Shown here: positions 1-10,610 of the stretch, in pieces
Layout of the letters: every line of letters starts with the position of its first letter
Position numbering within the stretch: the first letter of the stretch is position 1
Assembly: GCF_000017845.1 (NCBI RefSeq)
Contig: NC_010546.1
Coordinates: 2,670,001 to 2,702,000, forward strand
Source: Crocosphaera subtropica ATCC 51142
GTDB lineage: Bacteria > Cyanobacteriota > Cyanobacteriia > Cyanobacteriales > Microcystaceae
Reading direction: 5' to 3'
Length of the DNA: 32,000 bases
Notes under the pieces: model-generated
Seen by the model: the letters and a program-made list of their open reading frames with translations, nothing else
Database searches by the model: none
What the model was told of the DNA's origin: nothing
Position numbers and translations under genes: made by a program

Positions 1-558
1 AAATTAGGAGAAACTGAAGTTGATTTTTATGCTTTTACCGGTCATAAATGGTTCTGTGGACCGGCTGGAGTGGGGGGACTTTATATCCGTCCAGAAATTT
101 TTGAATTGATCAATCCTACCTTTATTGGTTGGCGAGGGATTAATATTGACGAAAAAGGTCAGCCCATTGATTTTAAAAAGGATGGTAGAAAATTTGAAAT
201 TGCTACGTCTGCCTATCCTCAATACGAAGGATTAAGGGCTGCGATCGCAGTTCATAATAGTTGGGCTAATTCTGAAGAACGTTATCAACAAATTTGCCAG
301 CTAAGTGAATATTTATGGCAAGGTTTATCGGAAATTTCTGCTGTTAACTGTTTAAAACAATCACCCCCAGAAGCGGGATTAGTTTCTTTTAAAGTCGACG
401 GTAACACTAATCATAAAGAGATGGTACAAAAGTTAGAAAGTCAAGGGTTTTTATTAAGAACCATTCGTGATCCCGATTGTATTCGTGCCTGTGTGCATTA
501 TTTTACCTTACCCGATGAAATTGAACAGTTAATTAAAGCGATTAACTCGATGATTTAA
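1..558 (+). CDS. Class V aminotransferase / cysteine desulfurase-family PLP enzyme, C-terminal part (5' end lies outside the window)
   Basis: Frame 1 is open from nt 1: KLGETEVDFYAFTGHKWFCGPAGVGGLYIRPE. It contains the class-V PLP-lysine signature (TGHKW). The ORF track's GTG at 70 is therefore internal. Stop TAA at 556-558. Confidence 0.8.
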   Translation, partial: KLGETEVDFYAFTGHKWFCGPAGVGGLYIRPEIFELINPTFIGWRGINIDEKGQPIDFKKDGRKFEIATSAYPQYEGLRAAIAVHNSWANSEERYQQICQLSEYLWQGLSEISAVNCLKQSPPEAGLVSFKVDGNTNHKEMVQKLESQGFLLRTIRDPDCIRACVHYFTLPDEIEQLIKAINSMI

Positions 559-981
559 TTAATTAGAGACGGAACAATTATCGGTTTTATCACATCCAAA
601 GGGATAAGGAGACTGATAGGTTTCCTCCCGTTTCCCAAACCAGTTATATCGGTTATCTCTGACTTGTTCATAGGATTTATCCCCTAACCATTTCATTCCT
701 GGTAAACTACGATAAGCTGTCACAAAAGCTTGTCCTAACGGTAATAAATTAACAATTTCTTCTGCTGCATCGCTTCCTTGCCAACGATTTGTGTTATTAT
801 TTCCATCGATTAAAATCATACCCATTTCGCAGTCTTCCGGGGTAATATTAAACTGTTGTAATGTGAGGTTATCTTGCATAGGAATATAGTCAAAAATATT
901 TCCTTGATCAAACTTCGCTAAAAGTTGGGTAAACGTTGAACAAAGATTACAGTTTCCATCGTAAATAATATGATAAACCAT
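559..981 (-). CDS. DCC-family thiol-disulfide oxidoreductase (DUF393)
   Basis: The N-terminal motif YDGNCNLCS is the DxxCxxC signature of the DCC family. Size (140 aa) and the C-terminal RDNRYNWFG segment are typical. Its stop abuts the stop of the upstream convergent gene. Confidence 0.8.
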   Translation of the reverse strand: MVYHIIYDGNCNLCSTFTQLLAKFDQGNIFDYIPMQDNLTLQQFNITPEDCEMGMILIDGNNNTNRWQGSDAAEEIVNLLPLGQAFVTAYRSLPGMKWLGDKSYEQVRDNRYNWFGKREETYQSPYPFGCDKTDNCSVSN

Positions 982-1235
982 GATATTTTTAAATGATTTT
1001 TTTAAATAGATTTCGTCTAGCTTAACATATTTTAAGTAATAGGATATTAGAATTAGAAGAATGAAGAAAATAGAGATAAAATCATATCTGATCTGTTTTT
1101 AGAGGTTAAGGTTATAATTAGTGAACAGCTAGACGTTATTGACCAAATATTGCAGATTATTGTTACAACAGATTACAATAAACACCCAGGACGGTTTTTT
1201 TTGACACAATCAACAGCAACACTATTATCATTGAT

Positions 1236-4193
1236 ATGCCAAACCTGGATATTACAGCAAATCACACTCAAACTAACGATAATAAAACTTCTAATCTCGA
1301 CAATATACTTGCGCCTACTGATAGTTTTATCAATCGCCATATTGGGCCCAATCGCCAAGAAATTGATAAAATGCTCAAGATGCTAGGCTTTTCTACCCTA
1401 GAGCAACTGATAGATGCTACCGTACCCCAAGGCATACGCCTTAGTAAATCGTTAAATTTACCCGAAGCACAAAGTGAATACGGTGCATTAGCCCAATTAA
1501 AGTCTATTGCTTCTAAAAATCAGATATTTCGCTCCTATATCGGCATGGGTTATCATGACTGTATTACCCCCCCAGTCATTCAACGCAACATCTTAGAAAA
1601 CCCAGGTTGGTACACCGCTTATACGCCATATCAAGCGGAAATTGCCCAAGGAAGACTAGAAGCCCTCTTAAACTATCAAACCATGATAGTAGAGTTAACC
1701 GGACTTGAAATTGCTAATGCTTCCTTACTGGATGAAGGAACAGCAGCAGCGGAAGCCATGAGCATGAGTTATGGTTTATGTAAAAACAAAAAGGCTAATG
1801 CTTTCTTTGTCGACTCCCATTGTCACCCCCAAACAATCGAAGTCATTAGAACAAGGGCGTATCCTTTAGGAATTGATTTGATTATTGCTGACCATCGCTT
1901 CTTTGACTTTGATACGGAGATTTTTGGCGCATTATTACAATATCCTGCTACCGATGGCACTCTCTACGACTATCGCACCTTTATCGAAACCGCACACAAT
2001 CAGGGTGCATTAGTGACCGTTGCTGCTGACCCTCTCAGTTTAGCACTCTTAACACCACCCGGAGAATTTGGCGCAGATATTGCCGTAGGAAGCACCCAAC
2101 GCTTCGGTGTACCCTTAGGATATGGGGGACCCCATGCAGCCTATTTTGCTACGAAAGAAGCCTATAAACGGCAGATTCCAGGGCGTATTGTGGGAGTCTC
2201 CAAAGATGCACAGGGAAACCCGGCCTTAAGACTAGCACTGCAAACCAGAGAACAACATATTCGTCGAGAAAAAGCCACCAGTAATATCTGTACCGCACAA
2301 GTATTACTAGCAGTTATTGCTGGAATGTATGGGGTATATCATGGACCCGAAGGCATCAAAAATATTGCTCAAAAGATACACCAATTAACCGTAATTCTAG
2401 CTAAAGGATTACAAACGTTAAGTTACACAATTAATGATGAACCCTTCTTTGATACTGTTAAAGTTGGAGTAGGTGATGCCAGTGTAAAAGCCGTAATAAA
2501 AGCAGCAGCAGAACGAAAAATAAATCTACGCTTGTATGGAGAAGGAGTCTTATGTATTAGCTTAGATGAAACAACTACCGTTCATGATGTCGTTGAATTA
2601 TGGCAAATTTTTGCAGCCAAAGATGAGCTACCATTTACCATTGAAGACATAGCAAAACAAGTCAATTTTGACTTTCCCATCTTCTTTAAACGGACTTCAG
2701 ACTATTTAACTGATCCTGTGTTTAATCAGTATCATTCCGAAAGTGAATTATTGCGTTATTTACATCAGTTAGAAAGTAAAGATTTAGCCTTAAATACCTC
2801 CATGATTCCTCTGGGATCATGTACCATGAAATTAAACGCAGCAGCAGAGATGATGCCTGTCACTTGGCCTGAGTTTGGGAAACTCCATCCCTTTGCCCCC
2901 TTATCCCAAACCGAAGGCTATCAAATCCTCTTTCAACAGTTAGAAAAATGGTTAGGGGAGATAACAGGATTTGATGGTATTTCTTTACAACCTAACGCTG
3001 GTTCTCAGGGAGAATATGCAGGACTGCAAGTGATTCGTCAATACCATGACAGTCGAGGTGAAATTAACCGGAATATCTGCTTAATTCCAGAATCAGCCCA
3101 CGGGACAAACCCCGCCAGCGCAGTTATGTGTGGCATGAAAGTAGTAGCCGTTAAATGTGATAAACAAGGGAATATCGACATTGCCGACTTAGAAAAAAAA
3201 GCCGAAAAACACGCCAACAATTTAGGGGCGTTAATGGTCACTTATCCTTCCACTCATGGGGTATTTGAAGAAGAAATAATTAATATTTGCGATATCGTTC
3301 ATCGTCACGGTGGACAGGTGTATATGGATGGGGCTAATATGAACGCCCAAGTAGGAATCTGTCGTCCGGCTGATTTTGGGGCTGATGTTTGCCATCTTAA
3401 CCTCCACAAAACCTTCTGTATCCCTCATGGCGGTGGCGGTCCGGGGATGGGTCCCATTGGCGTAAAATCTCATCTTGTTCCCTTCCTCCCCACAACCAAC
3501 GTGGAAAAATATACCGATCCCGATAGTAATGGTAAAGCAGAAACCTCCATAGGAGCCATTTCCGCAGCCCCTTGGGGTAGTGCCAGTATCCTGGTCATTT
3601 CTTGGATGTACATCGCTATGATGGGGGAAAAAGGGCTGACTGAGGCGACAAAAGTAGCTATCCTCAATGCCAACTATATGGCTTCTCGTTTAGGTGACTA
3701 CTATCCCATCTTGTTTAAAGGTTCCTCTGGTTGCGTTGCCCACGAATGTATCATTGATCTGCGTCCCTTGAAAAAGCAAGCCGGGGTAGAAGTGGATGAC
3801 ATTGCTAAACGCTTGATGGACTTTGGTTTTCATGCGCCTACGGTGTCTTGGCCAGTTATTGGGACGATGATGGTAGAACCCACCGAAAGCGAAGACTTGG
3901 CAGAGTTGGATCGTTTTTGTGATGCCATGATCACCATTCACCAAGAAGCTGAAGCGATCGCCAATGGGACAATTGATCCCGAAAATAATCCCTTAAAAAA
4001 TGCCCCTCACACGGCCCAAGCGGTCATTTGTGGAGATTGGGAACGGCCTTATTCCCGTGAAAAAGCAGCCTATCCAGCCCCTTGGACAAAAGAACATAAG
4101 TTCTGGCCAACCGTCGGACGCATTGATAACGCTTATGGGGATAGAAACTTAGTTTGTTCTTGTGAAGGAATGGAAGCTTATCAAGATAGTTAA
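1236..4193 (+). CDS. gcvP: Glycine dehydrogenase (decarboxylating), glycine cleavage system P protein
   Basis: 985 aa single-chain P protein. Motifs: FINRHIGP near the N-terminus, [29 protein letters not shown], and [18 protein letters not shown] (PLP-lysine region). Confidence 0.97.
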   Translation: MPNLDITANHTQTNDNKTSNLDNILAPTDSFINRHIGPNRQEIDKMLKMLGFSTLEQLIDATVPQGIRLSKSLNLPEAQSEYGALAQLKSIASKNQIFRSYIGMGYHDCITPPVIQRNILENPGWYTAYTPYQAEIAQGRLEALLNYQTMIVELTGLEIANASLLDEGTAAAEAMSMSYGLCKNKKANAFFVDSHCHPQTIEVIRTRAYPLGIDLIIADHRFFDFDTEIFGALLQYPATDGTLYDYRTFIETAHNQGALVTVAADPLSLALLTPPGEFGADIAVGSTQRFGVPLGYGGPHAAYFATKEAYKRQIPGRIVGVSKDAQGNPALRLALQTREQHIRREKATSNICTAQVLLAVIAGMYGVYHGPEGIKNIAQKIHQLTVILAKGLQTLSYTINDEPFFDTVKVGVGDASVKAVIKAAAERKINLRLYGEGVLCISLDETTTVHDVVELWQIFAAKDELPFTIEDIAKQVNFDFPIFFKRTSDYLTDPVFNQYHSESELLRYLHQLESKDLALNTSMIPLGSCTMKLNAAAEMMPVTWPEFGKLHPFAPLSQTEGYQILFQQLEKWLGEITGFDGISLQPNAGSQGEYAGLQVIRQYHDSRGEINRNICLIPESAHGTNPASAVMCGMKVVAVKCDKQGNIDIADLEKKAEKHANNLGALMVTYPSTHGVFEEEIINICDIVHRHGGQVYMDGANMNAQVGICRPADFGADVCHLNLHKTFCIPHGGGGPGMGPIGVKSHLVPFLPTTNVEKYTDPDSNGKAETSIGAISAAPWGSASILVISWMYIAMMGEKGLTEATKVAILNANYMASRLGDYYPILFKGSSGCVAHECIIDLRPLKKQAGVEVDDIAKRLMDFGFHAPTVSWPVIGTMMVEPTESEDLAELDRFCDAMITIHQEAEAIANGTIDPENNPLKNAPHTAQAVICGDWERPYSREKAAYPAPWTKEHKFWPTVGRIDNAYGDRNLVCSCEGMEAYQDS

Positions 4194-4228
4194 AAACCCT
4201 AGAAGTCAAAACTGTCTATGTAGTTAAT

Positions 4229-4271
4229 AAAAAACCAGTTATCTGCTTTCTCGGTGATAACTGGTTTTTTA
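4229..4271. terminator. Bidirectional intrinsic terminator between convergent gcvP and glpD
   Basis: Perfect 10-bp stem ACCAGTTATC (4234-4243) / GATAACTGGT (4256-4265). An A-run lies upstream and a T-run (4265-4270) downstream, so it reads as hairpin plus U-tract on both strands. Confidence 0.8.
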
Positions 4272-4311
4272 TTTATGAACTGCTGAGTTGTCCTCACAAA
4301 AGGTTTAAACC

Positions 4312-6024
4312 TTAAAAAAGAGGAACTTCTTCTTTATCCCAGTTTCTGGGTTCAACTTCGGTATCAACTTCATCAAAGTCAGGGATACAGTTATTTTTCA
4401 TGTAACTGAGATAGTTTTCTTTAGCGGTTGCAGATTTATAGTCATCCCAACCAGCATAGGTTTTCAGGGTATCGATGAGCGTTGGTAACACTTCCAACCC
4501 ATAATGAGCTTCCATAGCGATCGCCGTCCGACGACGGGCAATATCGACTAATGTATGGGCATATTCATGGCGCACTGCATAAACCACCTGTGCTTTAATA
4601 TCCGGTAACTCAGGAGTAATTAATTCTCCTAACTTGGGTTCTGAGTCAACTAACTCCAAAACTTTCACCGCTCTTGCTCCATACACCTTAAACAGATGGT
4701 TAATGGACTGACGAGGCACTTTATCCTCGTAGTTTAATACGGTTTGTTGAATCAGAGAATCATTAGGTAGAATTGCACCAGGCAAGGGTTGATCTTCCGT
4801 GGGACAAGGGGGGGCTGACTTCCCTATTTTTTTATAGACTTCCTCAACAATTTCTTCCCCTACTTGCCGATAGGTGGTTAACTTTCCGCCAATCAAAGAA
4901 ATGAGATTTTTCACCCCTTCTTTGCTATGGTCAAAGAGAATATGACGACGGGTAATACTTCCTGCTTTTTTCCCTTCTGCGTTGGGTAAAGGACGAACTC
5001 CCGAATAGGTAAATTTAACGTCATCACGGGATAAGCGAGCATTGGGAATAATATTATTGGTTTCTTGCAGTAAGTAATCAATTTCGTCGTTATCTGCTTT
5101 TAATTGATCCGGGGTTCCCTCGAAACGATAATCCGTGGTTCCAATCAAATACATTCCCAACCAGGGTACGATGAAGAAAGGACGACCATCGGATTTGGCT
5201 TCTACATATAAACTGGTGTCAGGTGCGCCAGCAAAGGGATCAACCACAATATGACTGCCTTTCGTCCCGCCAATTTTTTGGGTTTTGCCGATGGGTGCGT
5301 TCCCACCATTTTTTACCCCTAGCTGACAGACGTTATCGACCCAAGGACCAGACGTATTAATGACCATCGATTGATCTTTGCCTTTAACCGTGAATTCTTT
5401 CCCTGTCAGAACATCTTTACAGGTGACATGGGTAATTTTGTCCCCTTCACGGTGTAATTTAGTTACTTTGACGTAATTTAACACCGTTGCCCCGGCTTCG
5501 TCGGCGGAGATAATATTTTCTAAACAGAGTCGTTCTGCATAGGTGACTTGACCATCATAATACTGGGCCCCACCTACTAACCCATCGGGGTCCATTGAGG
5601 GGAAGAGTTGTTTAAATTTTGCCTCGGAGAGCATTCTATGGGAGGGAACGGTCTTATCTGCGCTTAAAATATCGTAGAGAAACATTCCTGCCCAAATTTT
5701 CCAATAGGGACGAGAGCGATTTTTATAGATAGGGATGGTTAATAGTAGGGGTCTAACCAAATGGGGGGCAGTGTGTAGAAGAATTTCCCGTTCTCGCAGG
5801 GATTCTCGCACTAAGGGAACTTCAAAATATTCTAAATACCGTAAACCGCCATGAATAAGACGGGTTGACCAACTCGAAGTCCCTCCGGCAAAGTCTCCTT
5901 TTTCGATGAGAATAGTTTTTAAGCCTCGCAAAGCCGCATCCCGTGCGACTCCCGCTCCATTGACTCCGCCACCAATTACGATTAGGTCGTAGGTTGTTTG
6001 TTGAATGGATTGAAAATCTCGCAC
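4312..6024 (-). CDS. glpD: FAD-dependent glycerol-3-phosphate dehydrogenase
   Basis: GTG start. The N-terminal dinucleotide fold is DLIVIGGGVNGAGVARDAALRGLKTILIEKGDFAGGTSSWSTRLIHGGLRYLE, typical of GlpD. 570 aa. Confidence 0.9.
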   Translation of the reverse strand: MRDFQSIQQTTYDLIVIGGGVNGAGVARDAALRGLKTILIEKGDFAGGTSSWSTRLIHGGLRYLEYFEVPLVRESLREREILLHTAPHLVRPLLLTIPIYKNRSRPYWKIWAGMFLYDILSADKTVPSHRMLSEAKFKQLFPSMDPDGLVGGAQYYDGQVTYAERLCLENIISADEAGATVLNYVKVTKLHREGDKITHVTCKDVLTGKEFTVKGKDQSMVINTSGPWVDNVCQLGVKNGGNAPIGKTQKIGGTKGSHIVVDPFAGAPDTSLYVEAKSDGRPFFIVPWLGMYLIGTTDYRFEGTPDQLKADNDEIDYLLQETNNIIPNARLSRDDVKFTYSGVRPLPNAEGKKAGSITRRHILFDHSKEGVKNLISLIGGKLTTYRQVGEEIVEEVYKKIGKSAPPCPTEDQPLPGAILPNDSLIQQTVLNYEDKVPRQSINHLFKVYGARAVKVLELVDSEPKLGELITPELPDIKAQVVYAVRHEYAHTLVDIARRRTAIAMEAHYGLEVLPTLIDTLKTYAGWDDYKSATAKENYLSYMKNNCIPDFDEVDTEVEPRNWDKEEVPLF

Positions 6025-6376
6025 GATTCTTATAGATATAATTTAACTACTTATAACATAATCTAGCGATATTTTCAGATTATTGAAACTTTAATTGTCT
6101 TTGTTAGGGATCATTAGGAAGATAAGCAGTTTTCTGTGGAGAAACTCAGCTATGACTGGAGAGAGATCCCCATAATAATAATATTTTCTCTAGATTTGAA
6201 CCCAGTTAAATCTATCTTTTCCAGGTCATGGTGCAAAGTTTTAAGACAATTTGAATCCAAAACCCACTAAATACACTACGATCATAGTAATAAGATTCAA
6301 ATAAAGCCGAAACATTTAGTTACATTAATAATCCTACATTTAGTAACACTTTAATAAGAAAATAGGGGTAAAAACT

Positions 6377-8434
6377 ATGACCACAGAACATCGATGTCCC
6401 TTATGTGACTCACCCCTTTGGCCTCATGTGAGTGATGGACATCCCACTTGGTTTTGCCGTCACTGTGAACAAGAAGTGCCTTATAGTGTCGATCAAACGT
6501 CAGCTAACAGGGTTGTTGCTCCTCAAACAACATCCATCTCTCAATTGTTAACCCCTCCAGTCCCCCACACCTTCACGTTACGAGAAATTTGGCAGACAAC
6601 GGTTAAGGGGATCGCTCAATTTTTAGAAGCCGATCGGGTTCTCATTGCTCAAATGATGCCATCAGGGGAGATGGTAGTGGTAGAAGAATGGAGACAACGG
6701 CCTTGGAAAACCTTACTTCATTGCCATATCAGCCAGTTTGTCACCTTTGCCGATATCAAAACTTGGCAAGAAGGAACCATCGAAGCGATCGCTGACCTTA
6801 GCCACGGGCATCATCAAACGTCAACCATGATGACCTTAGATAGTCTTTTTGATGTTAAGGCTAAAATCATTGTTCCCATTCGTCAACGAGACTCTCAGAC
6901 TGGGAAAAATTTGTGGGGGCTGATCATCGTTCATCAATGTTCCGGTCCTCGTCAATGGACTGCTTCGGAACTGGGTTGGTTATCGTTAATTTCGACTCAA
7001 CTGATTATGTCTATTCAACAGGATCAGTTTTATCAACACCTTAGTCAGATTAATCAAAAATTAGAAGAAATTGCATTTTATGACCGCATCACTCAAATTC
7101 CAAACCGTCATTATTTTGAGCATTATTTTGCTCAAGAGTGGCGACGCATGGCCAGAGAAAAACAACCTCTGTCTTTAATTGTCTGTGATGTGGATTTTTT
7201 TAAAGCTTATAACGATACCTTTGGCCATCCTCAAGGCGATCGCTGTTTACAAGAAGTGGCCTATACCCTCAAATATACGTTACACCGACCAGGGGATATG
7301 GTGGCTCGTTATGGAGGGGAAGAATTTGTGGCTATTTTACCCAATACTAACGCTTCAGGAGCGGTTCATGTGGCTCAGCAAATGCAATCAGCCATTAAAC
7401 AGTTAAAAGTTCCCTCTGCTACCCAAACAGTTAGTGAATTTGTCACCATCAGTTTAGGCGTTGCCAGTGTTATTCCTTCTCAAGAAAAATCACCGAAACA
7501 ATTATTAAATGAGGCGGATAAAGCTTTATATGAAGCCAAACAAAAAGGACGGGATCAAGTCTTTTTTCAAGGACAAAAAGAAATCAATTTTAAGCCCAAA
7601 TCTAAACCCATTCAACAGACTTTAAGTGCAATTCCTTTATTAGAGAATTTAAGTTCTAGAGAGCTTTTAAAAAGTTATGTAGCTTATTTTCTTAGCCGAG
7701 GGGTTTCTGTTAGTAGCCCAACGGAGGGGATTCTACCTTTTAATGGCTTAGTATATCAATACCAAGGGTATCATCAAAACTTTGTTAATTGGTGGCAACA
7801 ATTAGAACAAAGAAAAGATTATTCTCAACTCTACTTAACGGGAGATAGTCATAATTTTGACGACTTTTTAGACGGCGGTTGTCGTGTTCAAGAATGCGCC
7901 CGTTGTAACTTACCCATTGTTACACCAACGGGACATATTTATAGTTTACCCGGTTGTACCTTATGTCTTAAAGATGATCAATATTGTCAACGACAACACA
8001 CTGAAGATGGGATTAAATCTGAAACAATTTTTAGGTTATTGACCATAACAGATATTGAACAGAATTTCAAAACGTTACAACAATGGTTAAATCGTAATGG
8101 GGTAGAAGCTGTTTTTATTTCTGATTTAACAGAGATTAATGATTATTTATTATCTGAACCCTTTGCTGCTATTATGATTGATAATCATGCCAATAAAGAA
8201 ATCATTGAAAATTGGGTTAAACAATTACATCGATATCCTAGTTTAAAAGAAGTTCCTATCATTGCTTTGAGTAAAAATGCAGAAAATGGAATTCCTTGGT
8301 TAAACCGTGAATTACAATTAGAAGATTATCTATTAACCCCTTTTAATGGAGACACATTAGTAGATTATTTACGCCACTTATCCACAACCAATTTGGCATT
8401 AAACCAAAGCGGCATTTATTGGTTTCCTCGTTAA
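6377..8434 (+). CDS. Multidomain diguanylate cyclase: N-terminal zinc ribbon, GAF, GGDEF (GGEEF with I-site), Cys-rich middle region, C-terminal receiver-like domain
   Basis: CPLC...CRHC at aa 7-30. GAF-like segment at about aa 65-215. GGDEF domain with RYGGEEF (nt 7313-7327) and RPGD five residues upstream (nt 7286-7297, I-site spacing). CRVQECARC...GCTLC cluster from aa 502. REC-like fold from about aa 552 (AAIMIDNH, PIIALS, DYLLTPF). Confidence 0.85.
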   Translation: MTTEHRCPLCDSPLWPHVSDGHPTWFCRHCEQEVPYSVDQTSANRVVAPQTTSISQLLTPPVPHTFTLREIWQTTVKGIAQFLEADRVLIAQMMPSGEMVVVEEWRQRPWKTLLHCHISQFVTFADIKTWQEGTIEAIADLSHGHHQTSTMMTLDSLFDVKAKIIVPIRQRDSQTGKNLWGLIIVHQCSGPRQWTASELGWLSLISTQLIMSIQQDQFYQHLSQINQKLEEIAFYDRITQIPNRHYFEHYFAQEWRRMAREKQPLSLIVCDVDFFKAYNDTFGHPQGDRCLQEVAYTLKYTLHRPGDMVARYGGEEFVAILPNTNASGAVHVAQQMQSAIKQLKVPSATQTVSEFVTISLGVASVIPSQEKSPKQLLNEADKALYEAKQKGRDQVFFQGQKEINFKPKSKPIQQTLSAIPLLENLSSRELLKSYVAYFLSRGVSVSSPTEGILPFNGLVYQYQGYHQNFVNWWQQLEQRKDYSQLYLTGDSHNFDDFLDGGCRVQECARCNLPIVTPTGHIYSLPGCTLCLKDDQYCQRQHTEDGIKSETIFRLLTITDIEQNFKTLQQWLNRNGVEAVFISDLTEINDYLLSEPFAAIMIDNHANKEIIENWVKQLHRYPSLKEVPIIALSKNAENGIPWLNRELQLEDYLLTPFNGDTLVDYLRHLSTTNLALNQSGIYWFPR

Positions 8435-8620
8435 TTAAGTGACGAACGCTTTCTATTCATCCAAGCCATGTCACCCATCTCGGTATAAATAAACTCTCCT
8501 CTCATCCCCTGGGGTGAAATTTATTCCTATAGGAGAATATTTAAGAGGATTTTAATGTTTACAATGGCTTTTGAATAAGAAGACTAAATTCGCTTTTAAA
8601 CATAGACTAACGCCATATCT

Positions 8621-8636
8621 CTGTTGCCTGTTGCCT
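8621..8636. repeat. Tandem heptamer (CTGTTGC) x2.3, STRR-like cyanobacterial short repeat
   Basis: Read directly in the intergenic sequence: ctgttgc ctgttgc ct. Confidence 0.6.
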
Positions 8637-8771
8637 AGGATAAGTGGATTTAGTATTAATTGACCTTAGCCATTTCACCCTCTTTTTTAAAAGTGTTCTA
8701 TAATAGTTAATATTACCCTCATCTTTGGCAACGTAAAGTTACCAAGAAATACTTAATTTTTTATTGATTCA

Positions 8772-10565
8772 ATGATGAATTTCGTTAAACAAACCCTTGC
8801 CAGTCTTATTGGAACTTTAGCAGGATTATTTTTATTTACTACAGCAGGTGTAAGTAGTGTAGTCATATTATTAATTACATTAGCAAGTGTAGATAGTGAA
8901 CCAACTATTAAAGATCAATCGGTATTAGTGTTTGATCTTTCTACAGAAATCAAAGATAGAGAACCTTTAGTGAATATTGGAGATATATTATCGGGCAAGG
9001 AAAGCTCAGTTTTGACTTTAAGTCAAGTGATTAAAAATATTGAAAAAGCCAGCAAAGATGATCGTATTAAAGCCATTTTTTTAGACGGCAGTAACGCTAG
9101 TAGTGGCAGTGGTTATGCTAATTTTTCAGAGATTCGACAAGCCCTGATTGAATTTAAAGAAAGTGGAAAAAAAATCATTGCTTATGATGTTACTATCAGT
9201 GAGCAAGAATATTATTTAACCTCATTAGCTGATACCTTAATTGTCAATCCTATGGGGTTAATGGAATTCAATGGAATAGGAACAGAACCCTTATTTTTGA
9301 CAGGGGCATTGAATAAATATGGCATTGGAGTCCAAGTGGTGAGAGTAGGTGAATATAAATCAGGAGTTGAACCTTATACAAGAACTCAATTAAGTCCAGA
9401 AAATCGGCAACAATTAGAAGTTCTACTGGGTAACATTTGGAATAATTTTCTTCAAGATGTGGGTAAAACTCGCCAGATAAAAGTCAACAATCTTCAAAGT
9501 ATTGCTGATACTCAAGGACTTTTATATCCCCAAGAAGCTAAGGAATTAAATTTAGTTGATCAAGTTGATTATCGAGATAAAGCAATTTCAATTTTAAAAG
9601 AAATTACAGATAATAAAGAAGAATCTCTCAGACAAATTTCTTTTAATAATTATGTAAATATACCAGTAACGGGAATAACTGAGAGTAGTTCTAACAATAA
9701 AATTGCTGTGGTTTATCTAGAAGGTGCCATTGTTGATGGAGTAGGAAATCGAGAACAAGTAGGGGCTACTCGCTTTGCTAGAATACTGCGTAAAATTCGA
9801 GATAATGAACAAGTCAAAGCAGTCGTGATCCGCATTAATAGTCCTGGAGGAAGTGCCACAGCATCAGATATTATTTTGCGAGAAATTCAGTTAATTCAAG
9901 AAACAAAGCCCGTGATTATTTCTATGGGTAATGTAGCAGCCTCTGGAGGTTATTGGATTGCAACAGGAGGAGAACATATTTTTGCTCAACCCAATACTAT
10001 TACGGGATCAATTGGGGTGTTTGGAGTCTTGTTTAATATCCAAGAAATTGCCAATAATAATGGCATTACTTGGGATGTAGTGAAAACAGGAAAATTCGCT
10101 GATTTAGGAACAGCAACCCGACCAAAAACTGAGCAAGAATTAGCCATTTATCAAAAGTCAGTGAATCGAGTTTATGACTTATTCTTAGAAAAAGTTGCTA
10201 AATCTCGTGACTTATCTAAAGAGAAAGTAGTGAATATTGCTCAAGGGAGAGTTTGGTCAGGGGAAACAGCAAAAAAAATCGGTTTAGTCGATAGTTTTGG
10301 GGGATTAGGCGCAGCCATAGACTATGCAGTTGAAAAAACAGAATTAGGAAAAGATTGGCAAGTTGAAGAATATCCTACCTCCCAAGGATTTGCAGAACTA
10401 TTTATCAAGAAAACCTTAGATGAAGATATAAAAATCACCACAAACACTGTTGATCCTTTAACCGAGGAATTTCTGAAATTTAAAGAAGAATTAAAAGTCA
10501 TTCAAAATTTTAATGATCCCAGAGGAGTCTATTCTCTTCTTCCTTTTAATTGGCAATTACGTTAA
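8772..10565 (+). CDS. sppA: Signal peptide peptidase SppA, 67K type
   Basis: N-terminal TM helix and two tandem ClpP/crotonase-like halves. The catalytic-region motifs are INSPGGSATASD and GNVAASGGYWIA. 597 aa. Confidence 0.92.
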   Translation: MMNFVKQTLASLIGTLAGLFLFTTAGVSSVVILLITLASVDSEPTIKDQSVLVFDLSTEIKDREPLVNIGDILSGKESSVLTLSQVIKNIEKASKDDRIKAIFLDGSNASSGSGYANFSEIRQALIEFKESGKKIIAYDVTISEQEYYLTSLADTLIVNPMGLMEFNGIGTEPLFLTGALNKYGIGVQVVRVGEYKSGVEPYTRTQLSPENRQQLEVLLGNIWNNFLQDVGKTRQIKVNNLQSIADTQGLLYPQEAKELNLVDQVDYRDKAISILKEITDNKEESLRQISFNNYVNIPVTGITESSSNNKIAVVYLEGAIVDGVGNREQVGATRFARILRKIRDNEQVKAVVIRINSPGGSATASDIILREIQLIQETKPVIISMGNVAASGGYWIATGGEHIFAQPNTITGSIGVFGVLFNIQEIANNNGITWDVVKTGKFADLGTATRPKTEQELAIYQKSVNRVYDLFLEKVAKSRDLSKEKVVNIAQGRVWSGETAKKIGLVDSFGGLGAAIDYAVEKTELGKDWQVEEYPTSQGFAELFIKKTLDEDIKITTNTVDPLTEEFLKFKEELKVIQNFNDPRGVYSLLPFNWQLR

Positions 10566-10610
10566 AAGAATATAGCAGTTGCAAGACAGAAGGCAGGAGG
10601 CAGAAACCGA

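Noticed and set aside
1180-1195. NtcA-like site (GTA-N8-TAC) near gcvP: GTTACAACAGATTAC.
   Set aside because: The spacing is N9 rather than N8 and the first half-site is GTT. It does not fit the consensus.
1040-1235. Possible glycine riboswitch in the gcvP leader. gcv operons are classic glycine-riboswitch targets, and the leader contains CACCCAGGACGG followed by a T-run.
   Set aside because: The conserved aptamer cores (GGAGAG ... ACCGAAGGGGCAA ... CTCAGGCAAAAGGAC-type elements, normally in tandem) are absent. The region is simply AT-rich promoter DNA shared with the divergent DCC gene.
3038-3944. A series of 67-84-aa minus-strand ORFs inside gcvP. Similar ORFs lie inside the CheA-like gene (21500-23244), sepF, proC, era, the pyrC-like gene, the SBP gene and futA (30944-31969).
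   Set aside because: These are antisense shadow ORFs of strongly supported genes. Their composition is arbitrary and I recognise no motifs in them.
8480-8535. CU-rich string ACTCTCCTCTCATCC flanked by small palindromes (CCCCTGGGG, TCCTATAGGA), vaguely reminiscent of the Yfr1 sRNA core ACUCCUCACAC.
   Set aside because: The core motif does not match, and the flanking stems are only 4-5 bp, so there is not enough evidence for an sRNA call.
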